In this document: positions 1 to 8,336 of the stretch, in pieces | How the letters are laid out: every line of letters begins with the position of its first letter | Position numbering within the stretch: the first letter of the stretch is position 1 | Assembly: GCA_964463155.1 (NCBI GenBank) | Contig: CAYXAY010000001.1 | Location: 46,207-78,206, forward strand | Length of the DNA: 32,000 bases | Direction: 5' to 3' | Source: an uncultured archaeon | GTDB lineage: Archaea; Iainarchaeota; Iainarchaeia; Iainarchaeales; CSSED10-239 | Position numbers and translations under genes: made by a program | The notes under the pieces: generated by a model | What the model saw: only the letters and a program-made list of their open reading frames with translations | Database searches by the model: none | Told to the model about the DNA's origin: nothing

Positions 1-197
1 GAGTAAAAGCTTTTATAAACTATATAGAAAAAAAACAAAAAGGCAAGAGCATCTTATTGGTTGCTCATGGTGACATAATAAGTATTGGTTTATCTGTTCT
101 TAATAATAAAGATGCGATATACCATCACAAGTTATTTTCAATTCTAAAAAATGCAGAAATAAAGAGAGCGAATACCACACACTTAAAAAGGCTTTGA
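1..197 (+). CDS. Histidine phosphatase (phosphoglycerate mutase-like) family protein, C-terminal fragment; the N-terminus lies outside the window
   Basis: Frame 3 is open from the window edge to TGA at 195-197. The translation ...KGKSILLVAHGDIISIGLSVLNNKD... contains the LVxHG motif typical of the C-terminal half of histidine phosphatases. Confidence 0.5.
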   Translation, partial: VKAFINYIEKKQKGKSILLVAHGDIISIGLSVLNNKDAIYHHKLFSILKNAEIKRANTTHLKRL

Positions 198-272
198 TTC
201 CATATATATAATATTCTCTATGGATAGTTTTGGTAATAGATTAACTGTTTAGTTTATAATGTGGTGAATAAG

Positions 273-1487
273 ATGACAGAGAATATATTCTATAATTTCT
301 TAAATGAAAAGTCGGTTTTTACTGATAAGTCTAAAATTTCTCCACACTATGCCCCAGAAAAACTTCCTTTTAGAGACGAACAGATAAAGAATTTGTCTTT
401 ATGGCTTTCTCCAGTTCTTAAAAGATCAAAACCCCATAATATCTTTGTTTATGGCAAAGTAGGAACCGGAAAGACAACAGTTGTAAGACATGTTGTTTCT
501 CAACTTGATTTGTTTGCAAAAGATCAACATCTGCCCCTAGTAAGTATTTATTTAAATTGTAGAAATTATCAAACCAAATATACAGTATTGGTATATTGTG
601 TTCAATTATTTTATCCAGACCAAAATTTCTTTGGTTATTCCAGATCTTTTATCTATGATAAGTTTCTAACATATATAAAAGAGAATAAAATAAACTTTGT
701 AATAGTTCTTGACGAGATGGATAAAATAAAAGACAAAGAGATTGATGATTTGATATACACCTTGACAAGAGCAAATGACGAGCTTGAAGGCGGTTCTGTT
801 TCAATTATTGGTATTTCAAACAATCTTTTTTTTAAAAACAATCTAGATTCAAGAACAAAAAGCACACTTTGTGAGCAAGAGGCCGTCTATCCTCCATACA
901 ATGCTGAGGAACTAAGAGACATACTTAGTCAAAGAATAGACATCGCTTTTAAAAAAGACGTTGTTAGTGATTCAGCAATTAATGCAGCAGCAGCAATTGC
1001 AGCAAAAGAATCAGGAGATGCAAGACGTGCAGTTATGTTACTTTTAAGGGCAGGAGAGATTGCAGATCTAAATGGCAATCCCAAAGTAACTGACAAAGAA
1101 GTCTATGATGCTAAAGAAAAAGTTGAACAAGAGGTTATGAAAAGCATGGTTCTAACTCTTCCTGTTCAATTGCAACTGGTTCTTTTAGCTATTGCCCAAG
1201 GCTCATTAAAACCTAAAGGAGTTCTTGCAGTTACTGGTCAGTCAATGGATTCAAACATTCTTTATTCTGGAGAAATATATGACAAATATAATTCTCTTTG
1301 TGAAAAATATTCAGAAAAGGCAGTGACAATAAGGTGGTTTAGAGAATACATAACTGAACTAGAAACCTATGGCTTTATATCAACAACAATCTCAGGTAAA
1401 GGCGTTAAAGGAAACACCACACTAATAAGACTTGGAATAGACGCCCAAAGCATAATAGAGTTATTAAAGTCAGAATTCTCAGAATAG
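273..1487 (+). CDS. cdc6: Orc1/Cdc6 replication initiator, paralogue 1
   Basis: Walker A GKVGTGKTT, Walker B VLDEMD, sensor-2-like GDARRAV and a C-terminal winged-helix-like tail. The ATG at 273 lies 5 nt after GGTGA (263-267). The track ORF begins at an upstream GTG (261). Confidence 0.9.
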   Translation: MTENIFYNFLNEKSVFTDKSKISPHYAPEKLPFRDEQIKNLSLWLSPVLKRSKPHNIFVYGKVGTGKTTVVRHVVSQLDLFAKDQHLPLVSIYLNCRNYQTKYTVLVYCVQLFYPDQNFFGYSRSFIYDKFLTYIKENKINFVIVLDEMDKIKDKEIDDLIYTLTRANDELEGGSVSIIGISNNLFFKNNLDSRTKSTLCEQEAVYPPYNAEELRDILSQRIDIAFKKDVVSDSAINAAAAIAAKESGDARRAVMLLLRAGEIADLNGNPKVTDKEVYDAKEKVEQEVMKSMVLTLPVQLQLVLLAIAQGSLKPKGVLAVTGQSMDSNILYSGEIYDKYNSLCEKYSEKAVTIRWFREYITELETYGFISTTISGKGVKGNTTLIRLGIDAQSIIELLKSEFSE

Positions 1488-1550
1488 GCCATTTGGAGCA
1501 ACAAAATCTATTTAAATATCTTTTTTTGCATATATTATTTGTGACTAGCT

Positions 1551-2090
1551 ATGGATGATTCTAAAAAGATTCTAGACCCTATAAGGGTAAAAATTTTATC
1601 TTCTATGAGAAAAGAGAGAGTGTTAGTTCCAAATATCAGGCAATTAAAAAAACACACCGGCTTTCACAGAGCAACAATAAAGTCATCAATTGACTTTATG
1701 GAAAAGCAAGGGTTAATCAAACATTACATTCCATCATTAAACGCATCAATTGCAGGTTATGGTCTAAGGGTCTGGACATATCTTCAAATGGATATCTCAA
1801 ATAAAAAAACAAATGTAAATCTAAGAAAAATAGTAACATCAATACCAAATGTCTATCATTGTTCAGAAGTCATTACAGAAAAAGGATACAATATAGCAAT
1901 AGGCTATCTTGCAAAAAACGTTGAAGATTATTACAATAATGTTCAAAGACAATATTTTTATAATTCACCAGAAGTATACGACCTAGTAAAAGAAAGAACA
2001 GTATTTTATCTTTCTGATCCCACCTATGTCCAGAAAAGCCACAGCAGCACTTTGATTGATATTCTTGAAAAAGAACAAGGAATAGAATAA
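1551..2090 (+). CDS. Lrp/AsnC-like winged-helix transcriptional regulator
   Basis: N-terminal HTH-like segment (IRQLKKHTGFHRATIKSSIDFMEKQGLI) followed by a roughly 80-aa region with alternating beta/alpha character, like a RAM/ACT-type effector domain. Size is 179 aa. Confidence 0.5.
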   Translation: MDDSKKILDPIRVKILSSMRKERVLVPNIRQLKKHTGFHRATIKSSIDFMEKQGLIKHYIPSLNASIAGYGLRVWTYLQMDISNKKTNVNLRKIVTSIPNVYHCSEVITEKGYNIAIGYLAKNVEDYYNNVQRQYFYNSPEVYDLVKERTVFYLSDPTYVQKSHSSTLIDILEKEQGIE

Positions 2091-2093
2091 TAT

Positions 2094-2894
2094 ATGGAAA
2101 TAGAAATTAATTATGAATTATCTGCAGGAAAGAATGCAGAAAACAAATACAAGGGTAGAAACAGATATCTAGAAAAGATTAAAGGAATAGATAAAGCCCT
2201 AGAGATAACCAAACAAAAGACGTGTCTACTAGAGAAAGCTAAAGAAAAAAAGCCAAAGTTTGAGATTAAGAAAAAAGAAGAAAGAACAAAAGAATGGTAT
2301 GAAAAATTCAACTGGTTTTTTACAACAAATGGTTTTTTAGTGATTGCAGGACGTGATGCAAAGAATAATGAGCAGCTTGTAAAAAAGCATTTCTCAGTTA
2401 ACGACCTTTATTTTCACGCAGATATCCATGGTGCACCCCACATAGTTATTCAAAACCCTAAAAACCTAGAGATTAAAGATATTGACAAACAAGAAGCAGC
2501 AAACTTTGCTGCCATTCATTCTTCTGCTTGGTCAAGCGGGATCTTTTCTGTTGATGTTTATTCTGTTGGCTATGGCCAAGTGTCTAAGACCGCAGGTTCT
2601 GGAGAGTCTCTTGGTACGGGTGCTTTTGTTATAAGAGGCAAAAGAGAATATTATAAAAAAATCAATCTTGAAATTGCTGTTAGTTTTGACAACAAAAGAA
2701 AAGTTGTAATTGCAGGTCCGGTATCTGCAGTTTCAGTAGTATCCAAAGATTTCTTTGTTTTGGTTCCGGGAAAGACCAAAAAATCAGATATATGTAAAGA
2801 GCTAAAGGAAAGATTTTCAAAGAAAAACATTTCTCTTTCTGTTGATGAAGTAATGTCGAACCTCCCACCAGGAGATTGTGATATAAAGGTATAA
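2094..2894 (+). CDS. NFACT-R (DUF814) domain protein, a short homologue of the RqcH/NEMF/FbpA family
   Basis: Signature WFFTTNGFLVIAGRDAKNNEQLVKKHFSVNDLYFHADIHGAPHIVI, preceded by a lysine-rich coiled-coil segment. No NFACT-N domain is present. Confidence 0.7.
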   Translation: MEIEINYELSAGKNAENKYKGRNRYLEKIKGIDKALEITKQKTCLLEKAKEKKPKFEIKKKEERTKEWYEKFNWFFTTNGFLVIAGRDAKNNEQLVKKHFSVNDLYFHADIHGAPHIVIQNPKNLEIKDIDKQEAANFAAIHSSAWSSGIFSVDVYSVGYGQVSKTAGSGESLGTGAFVIRGKREYYKKINLEIAVSFDNKRKVVIAGPVSAVSVVSKDFFVLVPGKTKKSDICKELKERFSKKNISLSVDEVMSNLPPGDCDIKV

Positions 2895-3354
2895 AAAGCA
2901 ATTGTAAATAAATTATTTAGTGATAATCGCGGCTTCAAGAAACACAGAGCTTTTTAAAACGCAAAAACAAATAAGGTAAGCCGTTGACGATAATGTGATG
3001 ACAGAAAGACAAGCGATAAATCATCTTAATAAGATTAACCTACAACTGAAAAAAGAAAAAGGCACATATCAAGAAGCTCTTGCAGTAATGCACACACAAA
3101 CAAAAATTCTGAATTCTAGGAAACTATAAAAAGATTTCCAGATAGCTTTCAAAAAAACATAAAAATCGCTTTTAAAAATTCTAAGTTTACCTATTCAGAT
3201 TATAGAAAATATTTATTACCAGTTGTAGATAGACTTGACACCAACATTAATTAATTATCTACAGAAATAGAGTTTAGAAAAAAAAGCAGTCTTAAAACCA
3301 AAATCTGTTTCTAAAAGAGAAATAAAAAGAAAATATTTTGCTAAATTGTTTTTT

Positions 3355-3963
3355 CTAAAATATACCTGTAAAGAAAATCAATATTACTGGTATTGCTATT
3401 AATATTCCCCAGACAAGAGGATTCCATCTCATTATTTTTGCACCATCAAGTGGTCCAAACGGTATAAGATTAAAGAAAGCAATCCACAGATTAATAAAAA
3501 CACCGTAACTAACAATCAACAATGGCGCCCCAAAGATTGCTGCAATAAAAAACAAAAATGCCATTATAAGATTTGATACAGGCCCAGCAACAGAAATTAT
3601 TCCGTCTTCTTTAACACTATGGCTTTTCCCAAAGATATAAACCGCCCCAGGAGCAACAAAAACTAATCCTAGAAGTCCAGCTAGAGTAATCCCTGCCAAA
3701 AGAAAAACCGGCCACATAACAAATCTTGCTTGTGCCCCCAGATGTATCCCAGTATATTTGTGTGCCATTTCATGCACAATAAAGCTTGTTGCAGTGATAA
3801 GCAGGCTTAGCCCAAACTGTGTGAAAAAACCACTCCAGGTAAAAACAAACTGCTTGGTCGTTAGATAATCTAAAAGGCTATAGTTGCCAAGAACAATTGT
3901 AAAACATAACGATATTGTAAGCCACGCAATTATTAAATCAAAAATTTCGGAATGCTGTTTCAT
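3355..3963 (-). CDS. Site-2 protease family (M50) membrane zinc metalloprotease
   Basis: Polytopic membrane protein with HEMAH (HExxH) in a transmembrane segment and the downstream NLIPFGPLDGAKI motif characteristic of M50/S2P. Confidence 0.8.
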   Translation of the reverse strand: MKQHSEIFDLIIAWLTISLCFTIVLGNYSLLDYLTTKQFVFTWSGFFTQFGLSLLITATSFIVHEMAHKYTGIHLGAQARFVMWPVFLLAGITLAGLLGLVFVAPGAVYIFGKSHSVKEDGIISVAGPVSNLIMAFLFFIAAIFGAPLLIVSYGVFINLWIAFFNLIPFGPLDGAKIMRWNPLVWGILIAIPVILIFFTGIF

Positions 3964-3965
3964 GT

Positions 3966-4715
3966 TTATTCTTTCTTTAAAATTATTTTATTAAAATTAT
4001 TGTTTATCTTTTCTTTTAGTTCTTCTAAATCAATATTATTTTCTTTTGATAAAACCTCATATGATTTTTTTATATCAGTTATTGCTATTGGTTTTCCGTC
4101 AACGGAAATAGGATAATCTGTTTCTATAAAAATCTGATTTAAGTAGTCATTAATATTATGTATGCTTGGTTTATTAAATCTGATTGTTAGATAGTATTTT
4201 CTATCAAGTGCGGTTTCTATTTCTTTTTCACTTCCAGTAAACCAATGCAAGATAATTGGGAATCCGTCCCTGCTTTCAAGGATTTCAAGAACTGGCCCTG
4301 TCGCATATCTTGAGTGTACAATTACTGGCAGATTGTTCTCTTTAGCAATATCTAGTTGTTTTTCAAAAACAATTTTTTGCTCTCTTCTAAGCTCAAAATC
4401 GTTTGTAACCTTGTAATCTAAACCTATCTCTCCAATCGCCACAATTTTGTTTGTGTCTTCAAAGATTATTTCTAGGTAATTAAGTGTGTCTTTTAATCCC
4501 TCTCTAACAACAACATCAGGACAAAGTCCATAGGCAAAATAAAGTCCAGGTATATTTTCTTTTCTAAAGTTTTCAAGTTTTCTATAGCTTTCAATATCAG
4601 CATTGTTAGCCACCGCAAGTATTTCTTCTTTTAAAAAGGTTTCCTTAAGATACTCCAAAGACAATTTATCATAATGACAATGAATGTCTATGAATTTTAA
4701 ATCTTTATTCTCCAT
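3966..4715 (-). CDS. TatD-family metal-dependent hydrolase
   Basis: N-terminal IDIHCHYD metal-binding motif, internal GEIGLDY and VIVHSR motifs, 249 aa. These are typical of TatD-related hydrolases. Confidence 0.8.
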   Translation of the reverse strand: MENKDLKFIDIHCHYDKLSLEYLKETFLKEEILAVANNADIESYRKLENFRKENIPGLYFAYGLCPDVVVREGLKDTLNYLEIIFEDTNKIVAIGEIGLDYKVTNDFELRREQKIVFEKQLDIAKENNLPVIVHSRYATGPVLEILESRDGFPIILHWFTGSEKEIETALDRKYYLTIRFNKPSIHNINDYLNQIFIETDYPISVDGKPIAITDIKKSYEVLSKENNIDLEELKEKINNNFNKIILKKE

Positions 4716-4727
4716 ATATAATATATG
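4713..4727. promoter_or_regulatory. Palindromic junction containing two divergent start codons 9 bp apart
   Basis: CATATATAATATATG has 7-bp perfect arms around a single central base. CAT (4713-15) is the tatD start on the minus strand and ATG (4725-27) is the methyltransferase start. Confidence 0.4.
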
Positions 4728-5354
4728 ACTATACTTAATTTTAAAGACTATAGTTTAGACATTCCTGCAAGAGTCTATCTTCCAAGCGATGACACTGATT
4801 TAATGATAGAGGTTTTAGAAGAAGAGATAATAAAACCAAACAAGCATTTTAGGTCAGCAATAGAGATTGGTTCGGGTAATGCCTTCTTGTCTTTGGAGAT
4901 TTATCCACAAGTAGATGAATTAATTTCTACAGACATCAATCCGGTAGCCGTTGATTATCTTTTAAATGTTAAGGAAAAGTATAATCTAGAAAAGCAAAAA
5001 ATAGTTTATTCAAATCTTTTTGATTCTGTTGGAGATAAGAAATTTGACTTAATAGTCTTTAACCCGCCATATGTTCCATCAGGAGAAATTCTTGATGAGG
5101 ACGATGACGAGATTAATGGTTATGATTTGGCGATTAATGGTGGCGAAAATGGAAGAGAAATTATTAATAAATTCATAAAACAGCTTCCAGAGCACTTGGC
5201 AGACAAAGGAGTTTGTTATCTTTTAGTGTCTTCTCAAAACGACCCGCTTGATGTTATAGAAAATCTAAAATTAGAAAACCTAAAGTCAGAAATAATTCTT
5301 TCAAAAAAGATTTTTTTTGAAGAATTATTTGTTATTAAGATTACAAGGAAATAA
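4725..5354 (+). CDS. HemK/Mtq2-like SAM-dependent (N5-glutamine-type) methyltransferase
   Basis: SAM-binding EIGSGNAF and the catalytic NPPY motif (LIVFNPPYVP). The roughly 200-aa size matches archaeal Mtq2-like enzymes. Confidence 0.75.
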   Translation: MTILNFKDYSLDIPARVYLPSDDTDLMIEVLEEEIIKPNKHFRSAIEIGSGNAFLSLEIYPQVDELISTDINPVAVDYLLNVKEKYNLEKQKIVYSNLFDSVGDKKFDLIVFNPPYVPSGEILDEDDDEINGYDLAINGGENGREIINKFIKQLPEHLADKGVCYLLVSSQNDPLDVIENLKLENLKSEIILSKKIFFEELFVIKITRK

Positions 5355-5358
5355 AATT

Positions 5359-6465
5359 ATGCCAGCAAATGTAAGTTATGAGTATGTGGCTGCCCAAAAG
5401 AAATATGATGAGGCAAAGACCGATGAAGAGAAATTGATAGCTCTTCAAGGAATGCTTTCTGCAGCCCCCACTCACAAAGGCTCTGAAAATATGCGCAGAG
5501 ATATTAGTAAAAGAATATCAGAGTTAAAAATAAAAATGGAAAAAAGAGCAGCTGCTCTTAAAAAAACAGGACATTCAATAGGCATAAAAAAAGAAGGGGC
5601 GGGTCAAGTAGTTATTGTCGGGCTTGCAAATTCTGGCAAAAGCACATTTCTTACAAAATTTACAAATGCAAAACCAGTAATCGCCCCCTACCCTTACACA
5701 ACAACAAAGCCAGAGGTTGGCGTCCTCAACTACGGTGGCGCATTAATCCAACTAGTTGAGATTCCGTCTTTTCTAGAATCTAAAGAAATGTCAAACCAAA
5801 TATTTTCAATAGTCAGAAGTGCTGACGCCATAATTCTTACAATCCCAAACAACGACAAAACACACAGAGATAAATTAATACAACTTCTAGAATCCCAAGA
5901 TATCTATGTCACGAGACCAAAACCAAAAGTTGATTTCAACAAAAGCCAATATCCCGGAATAACATTTATCAATGAGCAAAACCTAATGGTTCCTAAAGAA
6001 CAAGCAATCTCTTTGTTAAAAGATTCAGGCTATCGTTCACACACAGTAATTCTTGGACAAAAGACAACCCGTAACGACCTTTTACTATTAATTAATCCAC
6101 GAGCAGTCTACCATCCAGCAATCATGATTTTTATGCCTTTTACAAAAGACAAACCAGAAACAAATATTTACAAAAACATAAAACCATTTGATTTCAAAGC
6201 TGAAACAAAGATTACAGAGGAAATTTTCAAGATGGTAAACAAAATTATAGTCTACACAAAAAAACCAGGGCAAAAAGCAGACCTGACAGATCCTCTGGTT
6301 CTTGAAAAAGGAACAACAGTTAAAGTTGCAGCAAAGCAAATACACAAATCCATCTCAAAAGAGCTAAAATCAGCAAAGGTCTGGGGCAGCACAAGGTTTC
6401 CTGGCCAAAATGTTTCAAAGGATTATCAACTTCAAGACAAAGACATAGTTGAATTTGTAGCTTAA
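5359..6465 (+). CDS. DRG-family (Obg-like) GTPase with C-terminal TGS domain
   Basis: G1 motif GLANSGKST, G2 region YPYTTTKPEVG and a TGS-like C-terminus (VYTKKPGQKAD...LEKGTTV...DKDIVEF). The ATG at 5359 follows the stop of the preceding gene (5354). The track ORF is extended upstream to 5317. Confidence 0.85.
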   Translation: MPANVSYEYVAAQKKYDEAKTDEEKLIALQGMLSAAPTHKGSENMRRDISKRISELKIKMEKRAAALKKTGHSIGIKKEGAGQVVIVGLANSGKSTFLTKFTNAKPVIAPYPYTTTKPEVGVLNYGGALIQLVEIPSFLESKEMSNQIFSIVRSADAIILTIPNNDKTHRDKLIQLLESQDIYVTRPKPKVDFNKSQYPGITFINEQNLMVPKEQAISLLKDSGYRSHTVILGQKTTRNDLLLLINPRAVYHPAIMIFMPFTKDKPETNIYKNIKPFDFKAETKITEEIFKMVNKIIVYTKKPGQKADLTDPLVLEKGTTVKVAAKQIHKSISKELKSAKVWGSTRFPGQNVSKDYQLQDKDIVEFVA

Positions 6466-6562
6466 ATCAGTTCTGTTTCTTAAAAAACAACATTTATAAA
6501 AGAAATACACATATATTATTTTAGAAAAATATATTTTATGAATAGTTATAATTAGGTAAAAA

Positions 6563-7453
6563 ATGCCGACAACAAAAAAAGACACAAATGTAAAGGCAGA
6601 TACAAATTTAGAAGAAAAACTATACAAGCTATTCCTTCCAATAACTGACAGTTTTAAATCCAAAGAACTTGAAGAAAAGTTAATGCAAGCAGACATACAG
6701 GAAGAGTTGCCAAATTATCTATCCAAATATTTATTTTACGCATTATTTATACCCTTGTTGTTCATAATACTTGGAACAATAGTATTAATTGCCCTTGACC
6801 AGGTAAGCTATCTAAAGATATTGTTTGTAATTTGTTTTATTTCAATGTTTGGAATATTGATTTATGCAATAATTAATCCATATTTGATGGTCAGTACAAA
6901 AGTAGGTAACATAAAAAACAATCTGTCTCTTGCAATTCTTAGCATGTCAAGTGTTGCAGAGTCTAGTGCTCCGCCAGAAGCGATGTTTCACACAACTGCA
7001 TTAAAAACAGAAACGCCACATATTGGAAAAGAGTTTGAGAAAATAAACAGATATATGGATTTAGGATTGTCACTTCCTGAAGCAATAAACCAATTATGTA
7101 ATAAAACCCCGTCTGCAGATCTTAAAAAATTTCTAACAGAATTAAACTCAAACATAGAAGCCGGTGGATCGTTGTCTGAATTCATGAAAAAAAAAGCAGA
7201 GCATGCTCAGTTCACTTACAAATTAATGCTTGATAACCTAAACAAGAAAGCAGAAACATTTGGGGACATTTATTCAGCAATAGTTATTGCAGGTCCTTTA
7301 TTTCTTTTCTCATCAATCATGCTTTTGGGTATGATTGGAGGGGGTACTGGACTAGCGGGGCTTAGTATTGAGGCGCTATTGGTTATCGGAATCTTTGGGA
7401 TAGTTCCATTAATCAATATTTTTTTTATAATAATTTTACAATTGGCAGCATAG
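6563..7453 (+). CDS. FlaJ/TadC/PilC-like type IV pilus platform membrane protein (single T2SS-F domain), part 1
   Basis: Transmembrane segments flank a cytoplasmic T2SSF-type domain (GLSLPEAINQLCNKTPSADLKKFLTELNSNIEAGGSLSEFM), followed by C-terminal transmembrane helices. Confidence 0.75.
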   Translation: MPTTKKDTNVKADTNLEEKLYKLFLPITDSFKSKELEEKLMQADIQEELPNYLSKYLFYALFIPLLFIILGTIVLIALDQVSYLKILFVICFISMFGILIYAIINPYLMVSTKVGNIKNNLSLAILSMSSVAESSAPPEAMFHTTALKTETPHIGKEFEKINRYMDLGLSLPEAINQLCNKTPSADLKKFLTELNSNIEAGGSLSEFMKKKAEHAQFTYKLMLDNLNKKAETFGDIYSAIVIAGPLFLFSSIMLLGMIGGGTGLAGLSIEALLVIGIFGIVPLINIFFIIILQLAA

Positions 7454-7463
7454 GAGAAAAACA

Positions 7464-8279
7464 ATGAAATTTAATCCAAGAATTGAATATTTGCTAGATG
7501 CGGCAGCAAAAGGAGCAATAGGTTCACTAATACTTGGAATAATTCTATTAAATACAAAATTTTTCATATTCTGTATCTTTCCAGTTGTAATAGCAATTGG
7601 AGTAGCATCAATACTTTACACAAAGAAACTAAGGTCTCTTGAAAGCAATCTTTTTGTTTTCTTAGATGATTTAAAGGACTTATTACAAGGCGGTATGAAC
7701 ATTGTCACAGCAATGGAAATAATTTCAGAACACGATTATGGCGCATTAAATCCTTATCTAAAAAGAATTGCAGCACAAGTCAAGATTGGTATTCCGTTTG
7801 ATGTTTCATTAGTGGAGGTGTTTTCAGAAGTTGACAGTCCATTGTTCAATAATATTGCAAATGTAATCTCAGAAACAATGAAATATGGTGGAAACCTCAT
7901 AAAAATTTTTGGAGCAGTTTCAAATTATGTAAAACTGATTGATGAGATGGGTGAGGAAAGAAGAGCAAAAACATTTTCAACGGTATTTTCTTCATATTTC
8001 ATGTTTTTTATTTTTATTGCAATTATCCTTACTATCCAAATAGTATTTCTGCCGATGCTTCAATCAAATCAAATAAGTACATCACCAGGCACATCCATTT
8101 CAGATATTAACTTTAATGCATATTTCCTTTATCTCTTGATTATTCAAGCAGGCTTTGCTGGTCCAATAATAGGTAAGATTTCTGAAGGAAACTCAATAGC
8201 AGGAATAAAACATTCAATTATATTACTGGTAATCTCAATACCAATCTATGTGTTGATTTCAATGTTATTTGTAAAATAA
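7464..8279 (+). CDS. FlaJ/TadB/PilC-like type IV pilus platform membrane protein (single T2SS-F domain), part 2
   Basis: Same architecture as part 1 (LLQGGMNIVTAMEIISE...IGIPFDVSLVEVFSEVDSPLFNNIANVISETMKYGGNL). It has its own AGGAG (7452-7456) 7 nt upstream of the ATG and is in a different frame from the upstream gene. Confidence 0.7.
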   Translation: MKFNPRIEYLLDAAAKGAIGSLILGIILLNTKFFIFCIFPVVIAIGVASILYTKKLRSLESNLFVFLDDLKDLLQGGMNIVTAMEIISEHDYGALNPYLKRIAAQVKIGIPFDVSLVEVFSEVDSPLFNNIANVISETMKYGGNLIKIFGAVSNYVKLIDEMGEERRAKTFSTVFSSYFMFFIFIAIILTIQIVFLPMLQSNQISTSPGTSISDINFNAYFLYLLIIQAGFAGPIIGKISEGNSIAGIKHSIILLVISIPIYVLISMLFVK

Positions 8280-8287
8280 GGTTAAGT

Positions 8288-8297
8288 TTATATAAAT
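8288..8297 (+). promoter_or_regulatory. TATA-box-like element upstream of the pilin array
   Basis: TTTATATAAA lies 40-49 nt upstream of the pilin-1 ATG (8337), in the 57-bp gap after the platform genes. Confidence 0.35.
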
Positions 8298-8336
8298 ATA
8301 TGAAATATATATTAATAGGAGAAATAATGGGATAAT

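Noticed and set aside
2994-3049. Possible C/D box sRNA: GTGATGA (C box, 2994-3000) and CTGA (D box, 3046-3049), about 56 nt end to end, in the large non-coding gap.
   Set aside because: No convincing internal D' (CTGA) or C' (TGATGA) boxes occur at the expected roughly 12-nt guide spacing, and there is no terminal stem. A 7-mer plus a 4-mer match is expected by chance in 64 kb of two-strand sequence, and the C box overlaps the ATG of a small ORF.
3355-3963. The M50 site-2 protease, or the HExxH protein at 22668-23201, as the missing prepilin peptidase.
   Set aside because: Known archaeal and bacterial prepilin peptidases (PibD/FlaK/EppA/PilD) are di-aspartyl GxGD-type enzymes, not HExxH metalloproteases. 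Neither ORF shows the paired Asp motifs. Only the operon linkage of the second protein is reported as a finding.
5317-5358. Upstream extensions of track ORFs: DRG from 5317, PCNA to 15295, dph5 to 11841, eS17 to 22364, aIF2-alpha from 27929, and orc1/cdc6-1 from 261.
   Set aside because: The extensions overlap the preceding gene or add residues absent from the conserved family N-termini. In most cases the downstream ATG is preceded by an SD-like motif at 5-9 nt spacing; for dph5 the start was placed from the family N-terminus and the adjacent upstream stop codon only.
7451-7466. The split between the two T2SS-F genes read as a frameshift pseudogene or sequencing artefact.
   Set aside because: The second ORF has a proper ATG and an AGGAG 7 nt upstream, and both ORFs are full-length single-domain units with their own transmembrane segments. 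Two-gene platforms (TadB/TadC, EpdJ/EpdK) are established. This cannot be fully excluded without read data.
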